IMG/VR virus record: IMGVR_UViG_3300046694_000296
Coordinates: 151,657 to 215,656 of that record
Reading direction: 5' to 3' (one strand)
Length of the DNA: 64,000 nt
The notes beneath the pieces were generated by a model. The model was not told where the DNA came from, did not search any database, and was given only the letters and a program-made list of their open reading frames with translations. The first letter of the stretch is position 1. Each line of letters begins with the position of its first letter. Made by a program: the position numbers and the translations under genes. Positions 1 through 9,197 of this stretch are shown in pieces.

Positions 1-895
1 GCCGGTGCCCGCAGCGCTCAATTCGCGCAAGGGTCCGATCGAAATCACCGTGTTCGCCTCGCCGCGTGACGCCGATATGGTGCCGGCGATCGACCCCGGC
101 TTCATCTTCGATATCGAAAACCTGCGCAACGCGATCATGGCGCTCGAACTCCGCAAGAACCTCTACGTGTGGGGTCACGCCGGAACGGGCAAGACGACGC
201 TCATCGAACAGATCATGGCGCGCACCGGGCGGCCGGTGATTCGCGTGCAGCACTCGATCGGCACCGAAGAGTCGCACGTCCTCGGTCAGTGGGTGGTGCG
301 CGGCGGTCAGACCGAGTTTCAACCGGGCCTGCTCCCGCTCGCGATGCGCAACGGCTGGACCTACCTCGCCGACGAATACGACTTCGGTAACCCCGCGGTC
401 CTCGCCGTGTATCAACCGATCCTCGAACCGGGCAAGAGCCTCGTCATCAAGGACGCACCCGACGAGTGGCGTGTGGTGAAACCGCACGAGAACTTCCGCT
501 TCGTCGCAACGGGCAACACGAACGGTTCCGGTGACGACACGGGCCTCTATCAAGGCACGCAGATTCAGAACGCCGCGAACTATGACCGTTTCGGCATGGT
601 GCTCGAGGCGACCTACATGCAGCCGGAGCTCGAGTCGGCGATTCTGGTGCAGCGCAGCCGGATTCAGAAGAAGAACGCCGATCAGCTGGTGGACTTCGCG
701 AACCGCGTGCGCGAAGCCTATAAGAACAAGGAGATCGCGAGCACCATCTCGCCGCGATGCCTGATCGACGCGGCCGACATCGGTCTGCGACGCGCGAACT
801 GGCGCTTGGGCGTGACGCTCTCCTTCATCAACAAGCTCTCTGCGGTGGACCGCGCTGTCGTTGACGGCGTTGCATCGCGAATTCTCGACAAGTAA
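1..895 (+). CDS. MoxR/CobS-like AAA+ ATPase (probably 5'-truncated by the window edge)
   Basis: Walker A GHAGTGKT, Walker B YLADEYD, 'HENFRFVATGNTNG' and 'ISPR' sensor motifs typical of MoxR/CobS/NorQ AAA+ proteins. Confidence 0.85.
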   Translation, partial: PVPAALNSRKGPIEITVFASPRDADMVPAIDPGFIFDIENLRNAIMALELRKNLYVWGHAGTGKTTLIEQIMARTGRPVIRVQHSIGTEESHVLGQWVVRGGQTEFQPGLLPLAMRNGWTYLADEYDFGNPAVLAVYQPILEPGKSLVIKDAPDEWRVVKPHENFRFVATGNTNGSGDDTGLYQGTQIQNAANYDRFGMVLEATYMQPELESAILVQRSRIQKKNADQLVDFANRVREAYKNKEIASTISPRCLIDAADIGLRRANWRLGVTLSFINKLSAVDRAVVDGVASRILDK

Positions 896-920
896 CCTAG
901 TAAGTAACGGATTACCAATC

Positions 921-1559
921 ATGCTGCAATCGGCCCAATCGACTATCAATACCCGCACCTCGACCCGCTACGAGGACCACACCGGCATGCTGCACAAACT
1001 CGCAAAGCGCGGCTGGGGCCGATTGCAGGAGGCAGGGCTCGACGTGACCTACGAGGACGTCTACCAGCATATGTGCGAGAGCTTCGTGAAGTGCCAGTCC
1101 ACCTACAAGGTCGACACCGGCTTCTCGTTCTCGGCGTATTACGGTCGCTCGATCTGGAACAACTTCAACCACTGGGCCGAGCGCCAGATCGAGGAGAAGC
1201 ATACGCTTGGCCTCGTCTCGGTCGAGAGCCTGTGCGGCAGCGACGACGAAGGCGAAACCGACGTGTTCGAATTCATCGAGCAAGAGGACGACGAAGAGAC
1301 GCCTGAAGACCGGCTCGCCGCGCGTCAGGAGTCGCACCGGCTTGCCCGCATGCTCTCGGACGATGCCAAGCGCATGGTCGCGCTGCTCGCGCACCAGACC
1401 CCGGCGCTCGAACAGTGGATGGACGAGCGCAACGCGCGCATGTTGAAAAAGACCTACCAAATCAACCTGTGGCTCATTGGCGAGTTCCTGGGTTTCGAGC
1501 GCAAGAAGGTGAGTCGCCTGCGCCTGGAGCTGGAGCGCGTCTACGGCGTGGAGCTGTGA
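921..1559 (+). CDS. sigma70-like transcription factor
   Basis: Region-2-like segment (YEDVYQHMCESFVKC...FSFSAYYGRSIWN) and C-terminal HTH-like segment (LWLIGEFLGFERKKVSRLR); ATG at 921. Confidence 0.55.
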   Translation: MLQSAQSTINTRTSTRYEDHTGMLHKLAKRGWGRLQEAGLDVTYEDVYQHMCESFVKCQSTYKVDTGFSFSAYYGRSIWNNFNHWAERQIEEKHTLGLVSVESLCGSDDEGETDVFEFIEQEDDEETPEDRLAARQESHRLARMLSDDAKRMVALLAHQTPALEQWMDERNARMLKKTYQINLWLIGEFLGFERKKVSRLRLELERVYGVEL

Positions 1560-2173
1560 TGAGCCACCCGAGCTGCTTCGGGCTGCCGTCGGTGTTCACC
1601 GCGAGCACGCAGACCTGCACGGCGTGCGCCTCGCGCAGCGAATGCGTGAGCGCCTGCTATTCGATGCTCGTCTCGCTCTCGGACAAGATCGACGTGACGG
1701 CCCCGCTCGCGCAGCTAGAGCGCACGGCCCGCGTCGTGACCGCGCAGTCGATACCCGCGCACGCGGTCGCAACGACGATCGCGGCGCCCGCGCCCGCCGC
1801 AGTGCAGGTGAACCTGGCGCACGGTGAGCGCGAGCATGACCTTCTTACGAGCCTGCCTGTGCGGGTGCAAAAGGTGATGCGCCCGCTTCTCAAGCGCGGC
1901 GGGGATGCCCGCGCACGCCTTGCGCTCGCGAAAGGGCAGAACCCCTTCGACGGGCGCGGCCCGCAGTGGTTGCGCCTTGCCGGTGAAAAGCTCCTCGCCG
2001 GCAGCTTCACCAAGGGCGAGCTGCGGCACGCCTACATCAACGAATACGGCTGGTCGGAGTCGACCGCCTTCTCGCGCGTGTCCATCGTCGTGTCGGTGAT
2101 TCCGGCGTTGCGTCTGGGCCGCGTCAGGGGCGACACGGTGCTTCGTGCGCCGACGCTCGCCCGGGATCATTGA
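1559..2173 (+). CDS. hypothetical protein: Cys-rich N-terminus, possible C-terminal winged helix
   Basis: Start overlaps upstream stop (TGATG); SCFG...CTAC...EC; 'KGELRHAYINEYGWSESTAFSRVS' is HTH-like. Confidence 0.55.
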   Translation: MSHPSCFGLPSVFTASTQTCTACASRSECVSACYSMLVSLSDKIDVTAPLAQLERTARVVTAQSIPAHAVATTIAAPAPAAVQVNLAHGEREHDLLTSLPVRVQKVMRPLLKRGGDARARLALAKGQNPFDGRGPQWLRLAGEKLLAGSFTKGELRHAYINEYGWSESTAFSRVSIVVSVIPALRLGRVRGDTVLRAPTLARDH

Positions 2174-2204
2174 AGCATCAACCCATTCACCGCAGGAGCT
2201 CAAG

Positions 2205-5200
2205 TTGAATATCAAGCACCTCCTGTCCGCGCGCAGCGATTTCTCGCTCGGGGAGTCCACCTTGCAGGTCGGCACCCTGATCGACACCGCGAAGGCGCAG
2301 GGCTATGAGACGGTCGCCCTCGTGGACAACATGACCATCTCCAACATGGTCGCGTTCACCGACAAGGCGAAGAAAGCGGGGATCAAGCCGATCGTGGGCT
2401 GCACGATTCGCATGGTCGACGATCCGACCTACCGCAAGCCGCCGAAGGCGTCGGGTGAGGTCGAGCGTCCGAACCCGCTCGTCATGCTCAAGGTCTACGC
2501 CAAGACCGACGCGGGCCTGCGCAGCCTCATGAAGCTGCTCTCCAAGGGAAACAGCCCGGAATACTTCTACTACCACTCGCGCGTGGGCCTCGAGGACGTG
2601 CTGCAGCTGGAGGAGTGCGCGGTGAGCACGGGCGACTTCTATGGCCTGTTCCATCACAAGCGCTGGGAGGAGATCGCATACCGGCTAAGCGAAAAGTTCG
2701 GCCGCGACTTCTGCGTCGAATTCGTGCCCGGCGGCACGCCGCTGCACAAGACGCTCAACAAGCTCGCGCTCCTTTGCCACGACCGCTTCATTTCGACGCC
2801 GATCGGCACCTGGCCCGCGCTCTATGCGACCGACGATCAAGCCGACAGCCTCGACGTGCTGCGCGCGATTCTCGGCAACAACAAGATGACCGACAGGTGG
2901 CTCAACAAGCCCTACCTGCGCAACTTCTCGATCCGCGCGCCGGGCGATCTGGTGCGCGCGCTCGTCGCGGAAGGCTTGCCCGCGAAGGAGATCATCAACG
3001 GCAACCAGGCGCTTGTCGATTCGTGCACGTTCGAATTCAAGAAGCTCGAGCCGTGTCTGCCGAAGATGGCCGACGACGAGTTTCTGGCGCTGGTCGAGCA
3101 GGTCAAGAAAGGCTGGGCGCAGCGCTTCGCCGCGCCCGTGCTCGGGCATCAGCCCGCGCCCGAAGAGCTGCCGCAATACAAAGCGCGCCTCGCTTACGAA
3201 CTGGACGTGCTGCGCAAGATGGGCTTCTCGGGCTACTTCCTGCTGGTGCAGCACATCGTGCAGTGGAGCAAGCAAAACGGCATTCTGGTCGGCCCCGGCC
3301 GCGGTTCGGTAGGTGGGAGCCTCGTCGCCTATCTGATGGGAATCACTGACGTCGATCCGATCCGCTTCAACCTGCTGTTCGAGCGTTTCATCAATCCTGA
3401 GCGTCTTGACTTGCCCGACGCCGACCTCGACTTTATGTCCAAGCGCCGGCATGAGGTGATCGACTACATCGCCGAGCACTTCGGGCGCGAGAACGTCGCG
3501 GGCGTGTCCAACTACAACACGATGGGCGCCGCGGGCGTGATGCGCGATACCTCGCGCGTGCACGAACTCAACCCGTTCGACTACGCCTGCTCGAAGCAGA
3601 TGGAAAAGCAGCACGGGGTTTCCCTCTCGCTGGAAGAGTCCGCTGCGATCGTGCCGGAGATCGACAAGTTCAAGGGCCAGTTTGCCGGCATCTGGAAGCA
3701 TATGGTCAACCTCGAAGGCGCGGCGCGCGGGCTCGGGCAGCACGCCGCCGGTGTGATCGTCGCGGGTGAGCCGATCATCAACCGCGCCGTGGTCGAGACA
3801 CGCACCGGCGGGCCGGTGTGCAATTGGGACAAGCGCACGGTCGAGGACTTCGGGCTCATCAAGATGGACATCTTGGGCCTGACCAACCTCGACGTGATGA
3901 AGCTCGCGGCCGACTACATCAAGGAGCGACACGGCAAGTCGATCGACTTCCTGCGTCTGCCGCTCGATGACAAGAAGGTGATGGAGGCATTCGGGCGGGG
4001 CGACACCACGGGCGTGTTCCAGTTCGAGTCGCCCGGCATGCGTCGGTTGCTGCGCGAGATGGCGCTCGCGGGTCCGGTGACCTTCGACGACCTCGTGGCG
4101 GTGGTCGCGCTCTATCGTCCGGGTCCGCTCGACGCGGGTCTGTGCGACGACTACGTGGCGATCAAGCAAGGGTCCAAGCAACCCTACTACGAGCACCCGA
4201 ACATGGCGCCCGCGCTGAAGGACACCTACGGGGTGATCGTGTATCAGGAGCAGGTGATGCAGATCGCGCGGGACTTGGCGGGCTTCACGATGGCCGGCGC
4301 CGACCACCTGCGTAAAGCGATGGGCAAGAAGGACAAGGAGAAGATGGCCGAGATGCGCCAGAAGTGGGTCGATGGCTGTATGACGCACTCAGGCATGTCC
4401 GAAGGCACGGCGCACGCGCTCTTTGACAAGATCGAAGTGTTCGCCGGCTACGCCTTCAACAAGTCGCACTCGGTGGAATATGCGGTGATTTCATTCTGGA
4501 CGATGTGGCTCAAGTGCTACTACCCGGCCGAATACTTCGCCGCCTCGCTCACCGAAATCGACAAAGAAGAGAAGCGCGAACCGCTCGTGCAGGACGCGCG
4601 GCGCATGGGCATGCAGGTCTTGCCACCCGACATCAACCATTCGAGCGCACGGGTAGAGATCGTGGGCGAGGACAAGCTCTACGCCCCGTTCCAGGCGCTC
4701 AAGGGTCTGTCCGAGAAGGCTGCGGGCTACATCGTCGATGCGCGCAACAAGTGGGGCAAGCCCTTTGCCAACCGCACCGACCTCGACGCGGCACTGAAGG
4801 CGGCGGAATACTCGGGCCGGCACATCAACCAGAGCGTGAAGGACAAGCTGGTGCTCATTGGTGCCTTCGCCGAGTGCGAGGGCGACAAGGTGCCCGCCAT
4901 GCACCCCGATCGGCTGAAAAACCGCATCGAGCTTCTGCCAGGTTTCACGGTCGATACTGTGAAAGCTGATCGAACGCTCAACGCTGAGCACCTTGCCTTG
5001 CTGCAACTGGTGCGCATCGGTGAGGAGACGCGCTCATGCGAGAAGTGTTCGCTCAAGGGCGGCTGTCACCCGATGCCGCGCATCGGTAAGACGCCGAAGT
5101 TCATGGTGGTGTCCGACAACCCGAACTGGCAGGAGGAGAAGGCGGGCAAGCTGCTCGAAGGCGACAACGCGAAGCTCGTCATCAACGCACTGAAGGAAGC

Positions 5201-5549
5201 GGGGCTCTCGGCGCAGGACGGCTATTTCACCACGCTGGTGAAGTCGGGCAAGCCGAAGGAGCAGAAGACGCTCACCAACGAGCAGATAAATGCGTGTAGC
5301 CAATATCTGCAGCGTGAGCTTGAAGTCCTCAAGCCACCAGTCATCGTAACGCTCGGCTCAAATGCCGCCCGTTTCTTCGCGCCGACTGTAAAGGGTGGAT
5401 CAATGGAGTTGGCTGGGAAAGTTATCTTCGATCCAAAGCGCGATGCGTCGATTGTGTTCGGGATCAATCCGGGTCAAATCTTCCACGATCCGGGCAAGTA
5501 TGCGGTCCTTCAGACGGTGGCAGCAAAAGTAGCTGATTTGGTCAGTTGA
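2205..5549 (+). CDS. dnaE: DNA polymerase III alpha (family C) with C-terminal uracil-DNA-glycosylase family-4-like domain
   Basis: PHP N-terminus, GPGRGS, ERF.NPER..PDADLDF, KMDILGL, GVFQFES, YAFNKSHS; probable TTG start at 2205 after AGGAG. Confidence 0.95.
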   Translation: MNIKHLLSARSDFSLGESTLQVGTLIDTAKAQGYETVALVDNMTISNMVAFTDKAKKAGIKPIVGCTIRMVDDPTYRKPPKASGEVERPNPLVMLKVYAKTDAGLRSLMKLLSKGNSPEYFYYHSRVGLEDVLQLEECAVSTGDFYGLFHHKRWEEIAYRLSEKFGRDFCVEFVPGGTPLHKTLNKLALLCHDRFISTPIGTWPALYATDDQADSLDVLRAILGNNKMTDRWLNKPYLRNFSIRAPGDLVRALVAEGLPAKEIINGNQALVDSCTFEFKKLEPCLPKMADDEFLALVEQVKKGWAQRFAAPVLGHQPAPEELPQYKARLAYELDVLRKMGFSGYFLLVQHIVQWSKQNGILVGPGRGSVGGSLVAYLMGITDVDPIRFNLLFERFINPERLDLPDADLDFMSKRRHEVIDYIAEHFGRENVAGVSNYNTMGAAGVMRDTSRVHELNPFDYACSKQMEKQHGVSLSLEESAAIVPEIDKFKGQFAGIWKHMVNLEGAARGLGQHAAGVIVAGEPIINRAVVETRTGGPVCNWDKRTVEDFGLIKMDILGLTNLDVMKLAADYIKERHGKSIDFLRLPLDDKKVMEAFGRGDTTGVFQFESPGMRRLLREMALAGPVTFDDLVAVVALYRPGPLDAGLCDDYVAIKQGSKQPYYEHPNMAPALKDTYGVIVYQEQVMQIARDLAGFTMAGADHLRKAMGKKDKEKMAEMRQKWVDGCMTHSGMSEGTAHALFDKIEVFAGYAFNKSHSVEYAVISFWTMWLKCYYPAEYFAASLTEIDKEEKREPLVQDARRMGMQVLPPDINHSSARVEIVGEDKLYAPFQALKGLSEKAAGYIVDARNKWGKPFANRTDLDAALKAAEYSGRHINQSVKDKLVLIGAFAECEGDKVPAMHPDRLKNRIELLPGFTVDTVKADRTLNAEHLALLQLVRIGEETRSCEKCSLKGGCHPMPRIGKTPKFMVVSDNPNWQEEKAGKLLEGDNAKLVINALKEAGLSAQDGYFTTLVKSGKPKEQKTLTNEQINACSQYLQRELEVLKPPVIVTLGSNAARFFAPTVKGGSMELAGKVIFDPKRDASIVFGINPGQIFHDPGKYAVLQTVAAKVADLVS

Positions 5550-5592
5550 GCCTCACTATACTCGGTAGCGTCTAGTAAGTAACAGGTGACAT

Positions 5593-6090
5593 ATGGAACA
5601 GTGGAAAGACGTCGTTGGCTACGAAGGGCGCTATCAGGTATCGGATCTCGGCAATGTGCGCAGCTTGCCGAATGCAACACGCTCGGGGGTCCGGCTTTTG
5701 GCGCTCAACACATTTCGCAACGGCTACAAATACGTGAACCTCTATCGAGGCACGTCAAAGAAGGAGAAGTGGCTCGTGCACATGCTGGTCGCGCAGGCAT
5801 TTATTGGCTCTGCACCGGTCGGGCAAGAAGTTCGGCACCGCGACGGCGTGCGCGGGAACTGCGCGCTTACCAACCTATGTTACGGAACGCGAGTAGAGAA
5901 CCAAGCAGATCGGATCGAGCATGGGACGTCTAATCAAGGCGTTAGGCATCCCCGCGCCAGGCTCGTAGAGACGCAAGTATTGGAGATTAGAAACTCCAAT
6001 GAGATCGCTTCAACATTAGCAGCAAAGTATTCAGTTTCAGAGTCGCTGATCCACCAGATCAAGCGATGCCAAGTATGGCGACACATTTAA
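5593..6090 (+). CDS. NUMOD4/HNH homing endonuclease
   Basis: EQWKDVVGYEGRYQVSDLGNVRS (NUMOD4), VHMLVAQAF...RHRDGVRGNCALTNL (HNH); lower GC than neighbours. Confidence 0.9.
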   Translation: MEQWKDVVGYEGRYQVSDLGNVRSLPNATRSGVRLLALNTFRNGYKYVNLYRGTSKKEKWLVHMLVAQAFIGSAPVGQEVRHRDGVRGNCALTNLCYGTRVENQADRIEHGTSNQGVRHPRARLVETQVLEIRNSNEIASTLAAKYSVSESLIHQIKRCQVWRHI

Positions 6091-6106
6091 CACTCAAGGA
6101 ACGAAC

Positions 6107-6763
6107 ATGACAACTGACACCTTCTCCGTCGAGGAAATCGGCGCAATCGTCGGCGATATCGAGAACCCGCCCGTCGGCGGCACGAACGCAGCTGCCACCG
6201 CGCCCACTGTCGCCGCCTCCGCCAACGCACCGGCCGCGCAGCCTGCGGCAACCGTCTCGGGCCTGAAGGTCTTCGTGGATGCCGACCAGCTGAAGAAGGA
6301 TCTGGCGGTCAACCCGAACGATCTGGACGACGCGGTGACCAGCCAAGCGCCGATGTTCGTGCACTACGCGCAGCAAGCCGCGTATGCGCGCCGCCAGTAT
6401 GAGAAGAGCAAGCTCGCCGCTGAGATCATGGAAAGCCAGCTCGATAGCGCCTGGCGCAAGAAGCTCGCGGAAGACGGCGGCAAGGTGACCGAGAAGATGG
6501 TCGAGAACGCCGTGAAGGCCGATCCGCGCTATGCGAAGGCACACAATCAGGTGATCGAGGCCCGGGCGCTCTTTGACATCGCGAACGACGCGCGTGAAGC
6601 CTATATGCAGCGCAAGGACATGATCGTGCAGGTGTCGGTCGATCGCCGTCGCGAGCGCGAAGGGCAGATGCGCATTCTCGCGGCGAAGGAAGGCGAGAAC
6701 GCAACGCAGTCGGGCCGTGAAGCCGCGCTCGCCGCAGAAGCCGCGCGCCGCCAAGCCGCCTGA
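6107..6763 (+). CDS. UvsY-like recombination mediator (putative)
   Basis: Helical protein with 'KVTEKMVENAVKADPRY'; next to SSB and RecA. Confidence 0.5.
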   Translation: MTTDTFSVEEIGAIVGDIENPPVGGTNAAATAPTVAASANAPAAQPAATVSGLKVFVDADQLKKDLAVNPNDLDDAVTSQAPMFVHYAQQAAYARRQYEKSKLAAEIMESQLDSAWRKKLAEDGGKVTEKMVENAVKADPRYAKAHNQVIEARALFDIANDAREAYMQRKDMIVQVSVDRRREREGQMRILAAKEGENATQSGREAALAAEAARRQAA

Positions 6764-6912
6764 CAGGATCTTTTAACTTTTGCGTGGTCCGGTGAGTCAC
6801 CCGTTACTATACTTAAGAGGGCAGGGTGAGACGGTGAAGCGAGAGCACACCGGATCGTCCGCAAAACCTGTGACTTACGACCTAAAAACTTCTGACTAAG
6901 GAAAACGAAACT

Positions 6913-7920
6913 ATGTCTACTGCTCAACTGATGGAACTGCTTGCGAAGCGCAAGGCTGCAACGGGCGGCGCAAAAACGATCAAGCCGAAGGCTGGTCGCA
7001 ACCGCTACCGCATCCTCCCGGGCTGGCGCACCAACGGCGACCCGACGTTCTTCCACGACTTCGGTCAGCACTTCATCAAGGACGCAGCGGGTCAGGTGAA
7101 GGCAGTCTACATCTGTGCGGACAAGACCTTCGGTCGTCCGTGCGAGGTGTGCGACGCGGTGGCACAAGGCATCGCCGCATCGACCGATGACGTGACGAAA
7201 AAGCGCATCGAGGAAGCGAAGTCGAGCGGCCGCGTGTTGCTCAACGTCCTCGAGCTCGACGGCACGCAGCCGACGGTGCCGCAGATCCTCGAAGTCGCGC
7301 CCTCGGTGTTCAACGGCAAGAAGGGCGTCGGCGGCATCATCGCGCTGTTCGACGAATGGCCCAACATGCTCGATCCGAACACCGGCCACGACATCATCGT
7401 CGAGAAGTCGGGCTCGGGCCTCGACACCGCCTACAGCGTGCAGATCGCGGGCTCCTCGAAGCCGGTCCCAGCCGAAGCGCTCACGAAGCTGGTTGACCTC
7501 GACGCCTACGTGATGCAGGAAAACGCGCAAGCGCAGCAGCGTGCACTCGCCTCGGTTCGCGCCGTCGCAGGTCTGCCTGCTCCGACGCAGACCTACGCAC
7601 CGGCAGCCCTGCCGCCGGGCGCAGCGAACGCCTACACCGCGCAAGAGCCGGCACCGTGGGAAGCCGACGACACGCTCGACATCGGCTCGTTGTCGAACCC
7701 GGTAGCGGCCGCAGCAGTGGCCCAGCCGGTCGCAGCACCGGCACCGGCACCGGCGGCGCCCGCAGCAACCGTGGAAGTCGCAGCAGCGGTCGCAGCGGTT
7801 GCTACGCAGCCGGTCGCAGCAGCCGCTCCCGCAGCGGTGGCCCAGCCCGTAGCCGCAGCCGCCCCGGCAGCAGCAGGCACGGGTGACCCGGAGCTCGACG
7901 CTCTGCTCGCGGGCCTGTAA
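6913..7920 (+). CDS. single-stranded DNA-binding protein, gp32-like
   Basis: RYRILPGW, HDFGQHF, C..TFGRPCEVC zinc site, DPNTGHDIIVEK, Ala/Pro-rich tail ending in acidic-hydrophobic residues. Confidence 0.7.
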   Translation: MSTAQLMELLAKRKAATGGAKTIKPKAGRNRYRILPGWRTNGDPTFFHDFGQHFIKDAAGQVKAVYICADKTFGRPCEVCDAVAQGIAASTDDVTKKRIEEAKSSGRVLLNVLELDGTQPTVPQILEVAPSVFNGKKGVGGIIALFDEWPNMLDPNTGHDIIVEKSGSGLDTAYSVQIAGSSKPVPAEALTKLVDLDAYVMQENAQAQQRALASVRAVAGLPAPTQTYAPAALPPGAANAYTAQEPAPWEADDTLDIGSLSNPVAAAAVAQPVAAPAPAPAAPAATVEVAAAVAAVATQPVAAAAPAAVAQPVAAAAPAAAGTGDPELDALLAGL

Positions 7921-7941
7921 TCGAAGCCTGATGTAACGACC

Positions 7942-7970
7942 AGCGGCGAGGCTCACCCCTCGCCGCTTTT
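7942..7970 (+). terminator. intrinsic terminator after SSB
   Basis: AGCGGCGAGG-CTCACC-CCTCGCCGCT followed by TTT. Confidence 0.65.
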
Positions 7971-7988
7971 CAATGAGAGGTTTCGATA

Positions 7989-8930
7989 GTGGCAAAGAAC
8001 ACCATCCTCGTCGACGGCAACAGCATCGGGCGAGCCTCGCACAAGGGCACCGTGCTGACCGTGGGTAGCTTCCAGACGCAAGCCATCTTCGGCTTCGTGC
8101 GCTCAATGGGCGCGCTCTACCGCGACTACCCCGCCTTCAACGCGTCGTTTGTCCTGTGGGACGGCAGGGCCGATCATCGCTATGCGATCTACCCCGACTA
8201 CAAGTTGAAGCGCGCAGAGGCGATGAGCGACCCGGAAGTGAAAGCCGACAAAGAGGCATACAACGCGCAGCTGCCGTTCATCAAGAAGGCGCTCGACATG
8301 CTCGGCGTGCCGCAGATGGTCAATTCGGCGCTCGAAGCTGACGACCTCGCGGGCTACTTCGTGCCGCGTCTGACGAAGACGGGCAAGGTGCTACTCGTCA
8401 CGGGCGACTCAGACTGGTGGCAGCTCGTCGGCCCTGACTGCGATTGGTTTGATCCTCGCAAAGCGGGAATGTATGTGTCGATCGCCGACTTCTTCCAGAA
8501 GACGGGCTACTTCACCCCGGACGAATACATCGAGGGCAAGGCGCTGATCGGGGATTCGACCGACGACATTCCGCCGGCCGGTGGCATCGGCAAGAAGGGC
8601 GCACCCGAATTCATGGCGCAGTTCCGCTCGATGGAGAAGTTCCGCGCGCTCTGTGACTCGGGCGAGTTCCAGCCAAAGCTCAAGAAGCACGTCGAGCTGT
8701 GGAAGGGCGAGAGCCGCCGCAACTGGGACAGGAACATGCAGCTGATGGACCTGCGCAACGCGCCCGCACCGGACCCGGCCAAGACGACGATCATCCCGGG
8801 CACGCTCAACGAGGATGGGTTTCGCGCGCTGTGTGAGCGCCTTGCATTTCGGTCGATTCTTGCGCAATGGGATCACTTCATGAACCCATTTCGCCAACGC
8901 TACGAGGCGCGTCTCGCACGCGCCGCCTGA
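7989..8930 (+). CDS. 5'-3' exonuclease / flap endonuclease (PolI-N, T4 RNase H-like)
   Basis: ILVDGNS, YPDYK..R, EADDLAG, TGDSDWWQL, LIGDSTDDIP..GIGKK. Confidence 0.9.
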   Translation: MAKNTILVDGNSIGRASHKGTVLTVGSFQTQAIFGFVRSMGALYRDYPAFNASFVLWDGRADHRYAIYPDYKLKRAEAMSDPEVKADKEAYNAQLPFIKKALDMLGVPQMVNSALEADDLAGYFVPRLTKTGKVLLVTGDSDWWQLVGPDCDWFDPRKAGMYVSIADFFQKTGYFTPDEYIEGKALIGDSTDDIPPAGGIGKKGAPEFMAQFRSMEKFRALCDSGEFQPKLKKHVELWKGESRRNWDRNMQLMDLRNAPAPDPAKTTIIPGTLNEDGFRALCERLAFRSILAQWDHFMNPFRQRYEARLARAA

Positions 8931-8942
8931 AGGACACAGAAC

Positions 8943-9197
8943 ATGGACGACATTGTGATTGAAAAGAACGTCCCGCCGCCGAAGGCAGGACACGGTTCAT
9001 GGGGCAGCGTGCTTGCCCGCATGGAGATCAACGACTCGTTCGTCGCCGACGACGAGAAGGCAGCACGCGGGGCGATTCGCGTCGCGGCCGCGCGCCAGAA
9101 CATTCACCTGACGATCCGCAAAGAAGTGGACGCAGCCGGCAAACCCGTTGAAGGAAAGATGCGCGTGTGGCGCATCGCAAAGGAGCAAGCAGAATGA
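8943..9197 (+). CDS. small putative DNA-binding protein
   Basis: IEKNVPPP...MEINDSF...MRVWR pattern of small phage proteins; coupled to recA. Confidence 0.6.
   Translation: MDDIVIEKNVPPPKAGHGSWGSVLARMEINDSFVADDEKAARGAIRVAAARQNIHLTIRKEVDAAGKPVEGKMRVWRIAKEQAE

Noticed and set aside
1-895. Cobalamin biosynthesis (cobS)
   Set aside because: Phage CobS-like AAA+ proteins are MoxR-type chaperones; no other cob genes present
7700-7880. Tandem DNA repeat/VNTR
   Set aside because: Low-complexity Ala/Pro/Val coding tail of the SSB
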